DNA of 64,000 bases from NCBI GenBank assembly GCA_963712115.1, contig CAVQGX010000031.1, positions 224,001 to 288,000 on the forward strand, in the 5' to 3' direction. The position numbers and the translations under genes are program-made. Source of the DNA: an uncultured delta proteobacterium. Its GTDB lineage: Bacteria; Desulfobacterota; Syntrophobacteria; BM002. Of the stretch, positions 49,440-58,090 are shown in pieces. How positions within the stretch are numbered: the first letter of the stretch is position 1; every line of letters begins with the position of its first letter. Below the pieces are notes generated by a model. That model saw only the letters and a program-made list of their open reading frames with translations. It did not search any database and had not been told where the DNA came from.

Positions 49440-50144
49440 ATGAGCGAGAACCCAAAGACACTGGATCTTGAAGACACCTTTCACTTCAGTTGTAACCCTG
49501 GGATTGATTGTTTTACCCAGTGCTGCCAGGATGTGAACATTCTGCTCACACCTTACGACATTATCCAGATGAAGAATCGTCTGGGAATTTCCAGCACTGA
49601 GTTCCTCGAGAAATACACCAAAAGACTATTAGCACCAAACACCTTCCTCCCGGCTGTTCAATTCAAAATGGACGAAGAAAATAAGAAAAGGTGCTACTTC
49701 GTGGGAGAGAAGGGTTGTGGGGTATATGAGCAACGTCCCTGGTCTTGCCGGATGTACCCCATGGATAATAGTGCAGATGGGACAGGTTTTGCGCCCATAG
49801 TTGACTCAAGCCGTTGTCTGGGCCTCAATGATGATAAAGTCTGGCGATTGCGAGACTGGTTTGAAGATCAGGGTCTTCAACCATATGATGAGTGGAACCA
49901 GCGATTTGCAGAACTCACTGAAGACGAAGATCTGACAAGATGGAGAAAAGAATATCCTGGGGGTGTGGACATCTTCTATCTTGCTTGCTACGACATGGAT
50001 CGCTTCAGAGAGCAGGTTTTCAAGGAAAAACTTTTCGAAATGGTAGAAGAGGTTCCAGTTGATCAGGATAAATTGAAAACCGACGATCTTGCCCTCTTGG
50101 AATTTGCCTTCACCTGGCTGAAAACTGTGGCTCGACTAAAATGA
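49440..50144 (+). CDS. YkgJ-family cysteine cluster protein
   Basis: FSCNPGIDCFTQCC, LTPYD, GCGVYEQRPWSCRMYP. Confidence 0.9.
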   Translation: MSENPKTLDLEDTFHFSCNPGIDCFTQCCQDVNILLTPYDIIQMKNRLGISSTEFLEKYTKRLLAPNTFLPAVQFKMDEENKKRCYFVGEKGCGVYEQRPWSCRMYPMDNSADGTGFAPIVDSSRCLGLNDDKVWRLRDWFEDQGLQPYDEWNQRFAELTEDEDLTRWRKEYPGGVDIFYLACYDMDRFREQVFKEKLFEMVEEVPVDQDKLKTDDLALLEFAFTWLKTVARLK

Positions 50145-50259
50145 GCTAAAGTGCCTAAAGTGTCTAGAATGCCTAAAATGTCTAAAGTCATTATAAAGTA
50201 GGTCGGGTGGTTTCCGCCTCCGGCGGAGTTCACCCGACAACGATTACTAAGGCAAACCA

Positions 50260-51072
50260 ATGACAGAAAACATTTTGGATAGGAACGAATTAGAAAAAAG
50301 CAGCATGGAGCCCATTAAGGACGGCAAATTCTCTTTCGCTTGCCACCCTGGTGTTCCCTGCTTCACTAGATGCTGCTCCGATCTTGACCTTGCCCTTACC
50401 CCATACGATGTTTTGCGTCTTAAAAACAGGTTGGGTATCTCCTCTAGTGATTTCTTGGATCGATACACCACTGAAGAGGTTAGACACAATTGCGGCTTAC
50501 CCATGTTGATGCTCAAGATGAAAAACGATTCCAAGAGGACTTGCCCTTTTCTAGGGCCCGAGGGGTGTACTGTTTACCAGGATCGACCTGGAGCCTGCCG
50601 TCTTTACCCTGTGGCGCGAGCTGCTAAATACGTTGGCGGCAGAGTGAAGGAACGACACTATCTGCTGAAAGAGCCACACTGTCTTGGCTTCCAGGAAGAA
50701 AAAGGGTGGACGGACAAGGAGTGGCTCGAGGACCAGGGTCTCGAGCTTTACAACGAGATGAACGGTCTGTGGATGGCGATAAATCAGTCCAGTAAAGAAA
50801 ACAACACCCCTCCTCCCATAACTGATGAAAAGCTCAAGATGTACTTCATGGCCTGCTACAACCTGGATATGTTCAAAAAGTTTGTCTTCGAAAGCAGACT
50901 GCTGAACCTCTTCCAGATCAACAAAAAAACCGTTTCACAAATTCAATCTGATGAAAGGGAGTTGCTCAAATTTTCCTTCCGCTGGTTACAATTTGCCATC
51001 TTCGCCAAGAATACCATGAAGCCCAAAAAGGGTGTAATCAAGGCAAAAAAAAGAGCAATGGGAAGAAGATGA
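50260..51072 (+). CDS. YkgJ-family cysteine cluster protein (tandem paralog)
   Basis: FACHPGVPCFTRCC, LTPYD, GCTVYQDRPGACRLYP. Confidence 0.9.
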   Translation: MTENILDRNELEKSSMEPIKDGKFSFACHPGVPCFTRCCSDLDLALTPYDVLRLKNRLGISSSDFLDRYTTEEVRHNCGLPMLMLKMKNDSKRTCPFLGPEGCTVYQDRPGACRLYPVARAAKYVGGRVKERHYLLKEPHCLGFQEEKGWTDKEWLEDQGLELYNEMNGLWMAINQSSKENNTPPPITDEKLKMYFMACYNLDMFKKFVFESRLLNLFQINKKTVSQIQSDERELLKFSFRWLQFAIFAKNTMKPKKGVIKAKKRAMGRR

Positions 51073-51178
51073 TTCCCACTACTTTTTTGGGGGCTCAAGC
51101 CAACAGGCTCAGGGCGTAAGGCTATTGATCTTAAACTATATTCCTTGTACCTTATACCTTGCGCCTTGTGCCTTTTCT

Positions 51179-51445
51179 TTATTCAATAATCCCGTCCTTC
51201 AAATCATGCTTGGTCCACACGGGAATGGGGTCACATAACTTATTTCTCGGGTTGTAGCGACACCTGTATGAGGTCTTTGACTCCCGGGTTTTCTCCATAT
51301 ATTCCCAACCCTCTACATAGTATTCACAGTCATCATTGAAACAAACGTATTGATATGGTTCGCTCCAAGTGTTTTCAGGCGGCGGCTGCCACTTGAGCAT
51401 CGGTTCCCCACAGTGCGGGCAGTTGGGCTGTTCTTCTTTGCTCAT
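51179..51445 (-). CDS. Small zinc-ribbon-like protein
   Basis: CPHCG...YVCFNDDCEYY; AGGAG RBS. Confidence 0.75.
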   Translation of the reverse strand: MSKEEQPNCPHCGEPMLKWQPPPENTWSEPYQYVCFNDDCEYYVEGWEYMEKTRESKTSYRCRYNPRNKLCDPIPVWTKHDLKDGIIE

Positions 51446-51486
51446 TACTTAACTCCTTGATATATTGATTACCCAATCTTTCAGGA

Positions 51487-51810
51487 TTAGCGATTTTTCA
51501 GATATATATTGGAAAATTCCTCTAAGGTCTCTTTCATGATTACCTCGGCATCAGGTACACCGTCTGCGAAAATCTCCCCTATCTTCTCGAAGCTGAGCTG
51601 ATCTAAGTCCCTAGTGATCGCCATATATTTAGCTTGTTTGTCCTCTGGCAAGGCCTCCACCATTCTTCGACCAAGCATGGCTTCGTAAAGATTGTACATC
51701 CTCTCGAGCTCTTTCTCTTGGTTCTCTTCGCTTAATTCGAGCCCTCTTTTCTTTATCAGCGCTTCACAAAAGTTGAGGATGAACGGATTTCTTGGCTTGT
51801 CATCATTCAT
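51487..51810 (-). CDS. Small all-helical hypothetical protein (DUF5663-like)
   Basis: Acidic amphipathic helices; GAAAGG RBS before ATG 51810; family resemblance by eye only. Confidence 0.6.
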   Translation of the reverse strand: MNDDKPRNPFILNFCEALIKKRGLELSEENQEKELERMYNLYEAMLGRRMVEALPEDKQAKYMAITRDLDQLSFEKIGEIFADGVPDAEVIMKETLEEFSNIYLKNR

Positions 51811-52430
51811 ACAACTTTTCCTTTCACCTTCAGTCACGGGATAGATTTTTGAACACCTTTTAATATAAGCATCGTCCAGGCTGTTTTCTACCCTAATTAT
51901 CCTGCATTGTAAAGTAATGTGGAAGGGATGAACATTGGAACGAGTTCAGAAAGAAGCTGATTATCGGTTGAAGCAGGCAGACAATGATCTATCCCTGACC
52001 CAGTGAAGAATCCTGGCCTTTCGAAGATCACGCTGTGCGGGGGGGAGGACCAGACTTCGCCCAGGCTATGACGCGGCAGGGGATTTGAGCCAGCCCCAGA
52101 GGCATTGTGGATTGTGATCTTAAATTTCGAAATCCGAATTGTACCCTATGCCCCATGCCCTTTGCTCTTTGCCAACTTAGCTTTGGATGCGCCAGGATTA
52201 CATACCTCAATACGCTGGACTTTTTTCATCTTTCAGCAAAATAGGTTGACGAACCTTTTCCTTGAGTTATAAGTTGGGCATTGTCCGTCGCTGATGCTAT
52301 GTGAACTGTACTTTTGTCTTTTGGTGAGTAGTTATATCTGAGCCCGGTTGTTCCACTGGCTCCAAGCTCAATATCTGCCAGAAGACATCGCTTCAAGGAG
52401 GAGGGGTGTAATGAGAGAGGAGACTGTTGT

Positions 52431-53159
52431 ATGGACAAGAAAGATCTAGAACAGACGCTGGTGCTCATCAAACCGGATGCCCTTAAGAATTCATTGACAG
52501 GATATGTGCTTTCTCAACTTTCCCAATTCCACACGGGCCTGCGCTTCGCTGGAGCAAAGATCGTTTGTGTCAGCAGGATTCTTGCCGAGGAACATTATGC
52601 TGAGCATCGAGGCAAAATATTTTTCCCTCCGCTTATAGATTACCTCATGGGACTCATACATTATGCCAATGAATCTTGGAAAAGAAGAGTGATCGCATTT
52701 GTCTATCACGGTCCGGGGGCAATTAAGAAGATCCGAGATATTGCCGGCCCGACCAACCCACACATTGCCAGAGAGCAAAGTCCAGGATGCATTCGCGCCC
52801 TGGGCACAGTTGTCCCCCTCAAGGATGCTGCAGGAAATGAGATCGGAGAGCGCATGGACAATCTCATCCATGCCTCCGCCACAAGTGGTGAAGCTGAACG
52901 CGAAATCAAGCTCTGGTTCAAGCCCAACGATATCCCGCCCTTGATGCATGCCTACCCTGTTGAGGTAAGCAAGGATCATTTCTATTACAAGGACGGCAAA
53001 CTTTATGTGACCTACGAACCGGACAGCATTTGCCTTATAGCACCTGGTGATGTTGCCTGGCAGTCTGATCTGGATACACTCCGCCTGTTATACCAGGGAT
53101 TGCCTGCACCATGCTCTCTTGAGTCAGTGATCGCCAAGTATCTCATTAATGTGAAATAG
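52431..53159 (+). CDS. ndk: Nucleoside diphosphate kinase with C-terminal extension
   Basis: EQTLVLIKPD, EEHYAEH, GPTNP, NLIHAS (catalytic His), AEREIKLWF. Confidence 0.85.
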   Translation: MDKKDLEQTLVLIKPDALKNSLTGYVLSQLSQFHTGLRFAGAKIVCVSRILAEEHYAEHRGKIFFPPLIDYLMGLIHYANESWKRRVIAFVYHGPGAIKKIRDIAGPTNPHIAREQSPGCIRALGTVVPLKDAAGNEIGERMDNLIHASATSGEAEREIKLWFKPNDIPPLMHAYPVEVSKDHFYYKDGKLYVTYEPDSICLIAPGDVAWQSDLDTLRLLYQGLPAPCSLESVIAKYLINVK

Positions 53160-53330
53160 GGGAGCCATCAGACAATTTTTCCTTTTTAAATCAATATAAT
53201 AGAATATTTGTTATCCTGTTACATCATCAGAAACATCTGAGCAGTAAAAAATTTGTGGATTGAGGGATTTGGGGATTGAAGAACTCGTAGGCTACCGTTT
53301 CAATTCCTGAATTGCCTTTGGAGATCAGCA

Positions 53331-54635
53331 ATGACTACTCCGGGAAATGAGCAAGGCCCCAACAAAGAGATAATGGACGCCATACTCCAGGTTCTGGAGG
53401 GAGGCAACCCGGAAGAGATCGCCCAAAACCTGGGTATGAGCCCTGAACAGTTGGTCGCTCTCAGCGAATCTTTTGCGCAGCAAACCTACCAGCAGAGTCT
53501 GCTGGGTGAAGCAGCCAAGCGCAAGATTGGTCGTAATCAGCCTTGTCCCTGTGGCTCTGGTAAGAAGTACAAGAAATGCTGTCTGCGGAAGCATGAGAAG
53601 ATCAAGGACCTTTTGCGCTCCAGTATGGATTTTCAGGAACCGGAGGTTGAAGAGGAGGGGCCGCCTGAATACGTGGTAAAAGGATTCGATCTTCTGGCCG
53701 CAAACAATTACGAAGAGGCAATCAGTTATGCCAGCGATCTCCTCTCAACCTATCCCGAAGATGACCGAATCCATGACACCCTAACCACTGCCTACCTGGC
53801 TACCAGTCAACATGACGAGGCTGTTGCTATCTGCCGTAGCCGCTGGGAGGTGGCAAAAGAGGAAAAAGACTTCTTCATCGAACATGGTCGTCACAAACGC
53901 TTGCCAGAGGGTGACGATAGTGGAGCACCTCACTTTTATGCCCCTGATACCTGGCTGGAGAAATACTGGATAGCATTAAAGGCCAAGGACTACAGCAACC
54001 TGCTGCCCGAGCCACAAGATCCTCAGATTAGCCGTCTGATTGCTGAACTACAAACCGCCAATGATTTGAACCGTTTTCCCGAACAGCAAGAAAAGGGTCT
54101 GGAGCAAAGGAGGGAGGCTCTGACCCCTACAATAGAACAACTCAAAACGGCTGGACCTGACGCTCTTCCCTACCTACTCCAGATTATGAGCCAATTTTCC
54201 TGGGCTACCCTGTTCGTGCCTGAGATAATTGCCCATTACCCCGCCGAGTTAGCCATCCGCAGCCTCATGGACATCACCATGTTCAACTACCACTACGTGT
54301 CTGAGGCATGCCTCAAACATCTAGAGGGGCTGGGTGCTGATGTGCTTCCCCATATCCGCGAGGTGTTTAGCCGTGATCAGGAATTTGATCCACTTAAGGT
54401 AGGCTTTATCAATATGCTGAGCAAATTTGACGTGGCCGGGGTGGACGAACTACTGGTGGAATTCCTGGAGTCTGAGGAAACTGCGGTGGTGGATTGGACT
54501 GGTTTGGTTATTGGCAAGCGGAATCGAACAGATTTGCTACCCGCTCTGGAAGAAGCAAATTCCCGGATTGGTAATAAAACCCGAATCGGTTGGGCAATCA
54601 ATCATCTAAAGGAACTCAAGGAAGCCAAGGACTAA
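53331..54635 (+). CDS. SEC-C motif protein with TPR/HEAT-like repeats
   Basis: KIGRNQPCPCGSGKKYKKCC; helical repeats downstream. Confidence 0.8.
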   Translation: MTTPGNEQGPNKEIMDAILQVLEGGNPEEIAQNLGMSPEQLVALSESFAQQTYQQSLLGEAAKRKIGRNQPCPCGSGKKYKKCCLRKHEKIKDLLRSSMDFQEPEVEEEGPPEYVVKGFDLLAANNYEEAISYASDLLSTYPEDDRIHDTLTTAYLATSQHDEAVAICRSRWEVAKEEKDFFIEHGRHKRLPEGDDSGAPHFYAPDTWLEKYWIALKAKDYSNLLPEPQDPQISRLIAELQTANDLNRFPEQQEKGLEQRREALTPTIEQLKTAGPDALPYLLQIMSQFSWATLFVPEIIAHYPAELAIRSLMDITMFNYHYVSEACLKHLEGLGADVLPHIREVFSRDQEFDPLKVGFINMLSKFDVAGVDELLVEFLESEETAVVDWTGLVIGKRNRTDLLPALEEANSRIGNKTRIGWAINHLKELKEAKD

Positions 54636-54970
54636 AGTCCACTAGGCAGTAGGCACTAGAAGCAAGAAGTCAGGAGCCAGAAGGAAGAAATGAAAATTGA
54701 ATTCCTCTCAACCACTGGCTACTTGCTGCTGGATTCTATGCCTAGTGTAGCACTCTTCGTGCCTGAGGATTTTCATGCGGAAACTGGCTGGCTTTCAGGG
54801 AGGTCCCTTTTTCAGCCAACAGTAACTGAACCTCGTTTATTATAACGCTCTCGCGATCGTTTTCCCTGCCACTGGTCAAGCTTTTGTCCCCCGGATGTAA
54901 TGTTTCGACCAGAACAGCCGACAACACTTTCCCCCCAAAGAGTAACCGTTAATCTAAGCAAGAGATTATC

Positions 54971-55819
54971 TCAAGCCTCATTCTTATCTCGATATACCAG
55001 CACCGGTCTGGTAGTTAAGCGTACCAGGTTGAGGGCCTCGTCGCTTATGACTTTCAAATACTTGGGACGTTTATGTCCGTAAGCGCTCAGCACCAACAGG
55101 TCATATCTTTCCACTGCCACCGCTTTGAGGAGTTCGTCTACAAAATCGCCCTTCGCTGTTTTCTTGATGGGAGTGAACCCCAATTTTTTTAAGGTCTCTT
55201 CCCCGGTCAACACACAGGCTTGGGCGAATTCCTCGCTTTCCCCCAGTGCGGTTTCCTGGACGTGCATAATGGTAATATCTGGCTTTTTCTTGCCAAACAG
55301 CGCGCCGATATACTCCAGCGCCCCCTGGTCACACTGCGAGCCGCGATAGGCCACCAAAATTTTCTGGATCGGGCGGAAATCGCGCAGGATCAGCACCGGT
55401 TGCTGGGCATGATGAAGAATTTTGGCATGAACCGCACCCAGGAGAAAACCCCTTAAGGAGGAGCGACCATGGGAACCTAGGACAATCATGTCATACTTGC
55501 CGGTTTCGGCTGCATGAAGGATTTCATCGGCCGGTTCACCTACGGCCACCTTTGGTTCACAAGGTATTCGGCCACCGATGCATACCTCACAAGCTTCGAT
55601 TATCTCATCCAACACCTGTTTCGCTTCTGTTTCCACGGCCTCTTCTACATCTTTCTTGGTGGTGAAAGGTGCATAAGAACTTTCTGCCACTATCTCCACC
55701 AAATCGGGCTTGACAAAGAGGGCATCCACTTCTGCGCTAAAATGTTCCAGCAAATGGCAGCTATAGCGCAGAGCCAGTTGGGATTCTTCGCTTTTATCGA
55801 CTGCGACCAGAATTTTCAT
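54971..55819 (-). CDS. Tandem-domain universal stress protein
   Basis: MKILVAVD, GEPADEIL, DMIVLGSHGRS, PVLI. Confidence 0.9.
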   Translation of the reverse strand: MKILVAVDKSEESQLALRYSCHLLEHFSAEVDALFVKPDLVEIVAESSYAPFTTKKDVEEAVETEAKQVLDEIIEACEVCIGGRIPCEPKVAVGEPADEILHAAETGKYDMIVLGSHGRSSLRGFLLGAVHAKILHHAQQPVLILRDFRPIQKILVAYRGSQCDQGALEYIGALFGKKKPDITIMHVQETALGESEEFAQACVLTGEETLKKLGFTPIKKTAKGDFVDELLKAVAVERYDLLVLSAYGHKRPKYLKVISDEALNLVRLTTRPVLVYRDKNEA

Positions 55820-55893
55820 AAGATCACCTCTTGGTAGATAGGGAGTGTAACTTCCCGATCGTTGAAATTCGGTTTAAGTTTAGGGTCAACCGA

Positions 55894-56772
55894 TTAGCGC
55901 ATTATCAGAACCGAGGTCTGACATTTGCTGGCAAATCGCCCCACCCAATCCCGTGGGAAAAAGCGATCCAAAAGAGATTTCTTTCCCATCCAGAGTGCCA
56001 GCAGATTCTGCTTCAGTTCCTGGGCCACGAAGCTCTCGAATTCGGAGATCTCGGTCAGGGTGGTCTTCACCTCTATCTGGCGATCCTCATAGTAGTCGCC
56101 GATCTCGATCAAGCGTCGATAAACATCCTTTTTCATCGCCCCTTCCTGGCTGAGACCGATCAATTCCAACTTGGCCCCATGGATGGTGGCCATCTGATTG
56201 ATCATCTCCAGGGAATCCTGGCTTATATAGCTCTGGTCCAAGCAGGCGAGAATCCCCGTTATGGGCTGTTCTTCCTTGACCAGCAACACCGAGCACTCCG
56301 CCTCATTCAACACCCCCTGCGGCACGGGAGAAGAACCTTCCCAATGGCACTTACCGCCTTTAGTACAGCCAAGGACGATGAGATCGGCTTCTTCTTCCCC
56401 AGCTTCAACCAAGATTTCTTGGGCAATGTTCCCAGCTCGCAAGCGGACTTTCAGATCTTTCTTGGCGCTACGGCAGACAAGCATCTCTTCCCAAAGGCCG
56501 TTTTTGACGGGAATCCATCTATAGTCCCAGTTTTTCATGGCATAGGGTGATTCATCCCCATCACCGCTTTTTAGAAAATCCTCCCGATAGCGGTGCAGGG
56601 CCTGATTCAGTGGGTGATTCAGCGGCCACGGGTCATTCTCCTCCTTGCCAGACTCCGTGGTCCGGACCCCAAAGAGAGTCACATCAGCCCAGGTGTTTAT
56701 TGCCAACTTGGCAGCTTCATGGACCGCAAAGTCGCTGTATGGGTTTTCGTCAACTGCAACAAGAATTCGCAT
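55894..56772 (-). CDS. Tandem-domain universal stress protein
   Basis: MRILVAVD, GNIAQEIL, DLIVLG, CSVLLVK. Confidence 0.85.
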   Translation of the reverse strand: MRILVAVDENPYSDFAVHEAAKLAINTWADVTLFGVRTTESGKEENDPWPLNHPLNQALHRYREDFLKSGDGDESPYAMKNWDYRWIPVKNGLWEEMLVCRSAKKDLKVRLRAGNIAQEILVEAGEEEADLIVLGCTKGGKCHWEGSSPVPQGVLNEAECSVLLVKEEQPITGILACLDQSYISQDSLEMINQMATIHGAKLELIGLSQEGAMKKDVYRRLIEIGDYYEDRQIEVKTTLTEISEFESFVAQELKQNLLALWMGKKSLLDRFFPRDWVGRFASKCQTSVLIMR

Positions 56773-56805
56773 GGTATCCTCCCTTCATATCTTCACCTAC
56801 GCCCT

Positions 56806-57612
56806 TCACCAGCTAATAAGAACGGGCGATGAAATCCGATCAAACAATGCCAGGAGCTGGCTCTTTTTGCTGAAACTCCGGTCAATGGCCGCCAGCACCA
56901 AGCCGTATTCCTGAAGATGTTCGACAAGTTCCGCTGGTGGCCCTTGAGCCACTCGACTCTGACCAGGAGTCCACCCTTCAGAACCGAGCAGTCTTCCTGC
57001 CTCTTTGATTCTCCCATCCAATTCTTCCTCTCCTTGCGACAAGGTTAAGCCGGTTTGTTGAAACCTGTAGGAGAGCAGATCAATCCCGATCTTCGCCCCT
57101 CTAAAGATACGCAAAAAGGTTGAGATAAGGCGGTGGGGATCGGCCTCATCACTTAACAGCAGCAACACTTTTTGCAGCGGCAAGAGATTCTTGACCAGAA
57201 TAAACGGGCAGCCCATCTGCTGGTATAGGCTAGAATGAATCTTCTGGTAGAGTTTCGCAGAGAAAGAGACTGAGGCAATTCCTTCCACGAAAAGGTCATA
57301 CGCTCCCCTTTTCAGCTCATTAAGGATCTCCTCTTCGCGGTCCCCGATGAAGATGAGAGGCTTGTTTAAAACAGGACAAAAACTGCTCTCTGCTTTGAGA
57401 AGTTGGGCGATCTCGTCCTTCCCCTTCTGCAGCAATTCTTTTTCCCAGGTACGACGTGCCCAGCCGGCACCAGTGGCAGGTCCCTCCAGGCCTGGTTCCT
57501 TTACATGGATGGTCTGGAGTTCCACTTCCATCAGGTTTGCCAGTTGGCAACCATATCTGAGTGCGATGCTGGATGCCAGGTCTGATTCGACGGCAACAAG
57601 AACCTTTATCAT
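56806..57612 (-). CDS. Divergent tandem-domain universal stress protein
   Basis: IKVLVAVE, GDREEEIL, YDLFVEG, CPFILVK. Confidence 0.8.
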   Translation of the reverse strand: MIKVLVAVESDLASSIALRYGCQLANLMEVELQTIHVKEPGLEGPATGAGWARRTWEKELLQKGKDEIAQLLKAESSFCPVLNKPLIFIGDREEEILNELKRGAYDLFVEGIASVSFSAKLYQKIHSSLYQQMGCPFILVKNLLPLQKVLLLLSDEADPHRLISTFLRIFRGAKIGIDLLSYRFQQTGLTLSQGEEELDGRIKEAGRLLGSEGWTPGQSRVAQGPPAELVEHLQEYGLVLAAIDRSFSKKSQLLALFDRISSPVLISW

Positions 57613-57683
57613 AGTTATCTACCCTCTTTCGGTAGGTTGACCGAAGGCCACCCCGGGAGACGTTGCCGGGGCAAAAGTCCTCC

Positions 57684-58079
57684 CTACCTAGATCGATTCT
57701 CCCGCACCTTCATCTCCGCCTTCCTGACAATCTCCTGAATTTCTCCCATTTTGAATGGTTTGGCGATGAAGTCGAACACACCTTTCTGGAAGGATTCCTT
57801 GGCGGTCTCCATGGTGGCGAACCCGGTGATGACGATCACCTCGGTTGTCTGAGAGCGGCTCTTCACTTCGGTGAGGAATTGCATACCGTCAAATCCTTCC
57901 ATTTTCAGATCGGTGATGACGATATCGAACTCCTTTTCCTTGATCCGCTCCATGGCATCAACGCTATGGGTGAAAGCCTCCACCTCGTAGCCAACTTTTT
58001 CCAATCCCGGTTTTAGACGCTTGCACACAATTGGCTCATCGTCCAGAATGATTACCTGCGTTTTTTTCTCAGTGTTCAT
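57684..58079 (-). CDS. Stand-alone response regulator receiver
   Basis: ILDDE, DIVITDLKMEG, VITGFA, FIAKPF. Confidence 0.93.
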   Translation of the reverse strand: MNTEKKTQVIILDDEPIVCKRLKPGLEKVGYEVEAFTHSVDAMERIKEKEFDIVITDLKMEGFDGMQFLTEVKSRSQTTEVIVITGFATMETAKESFQKGVFDFIAKPFKMGEIQEIVRKAEMKVRENRSR

Positions 58080-58090
58080 AATGCCTCCCT

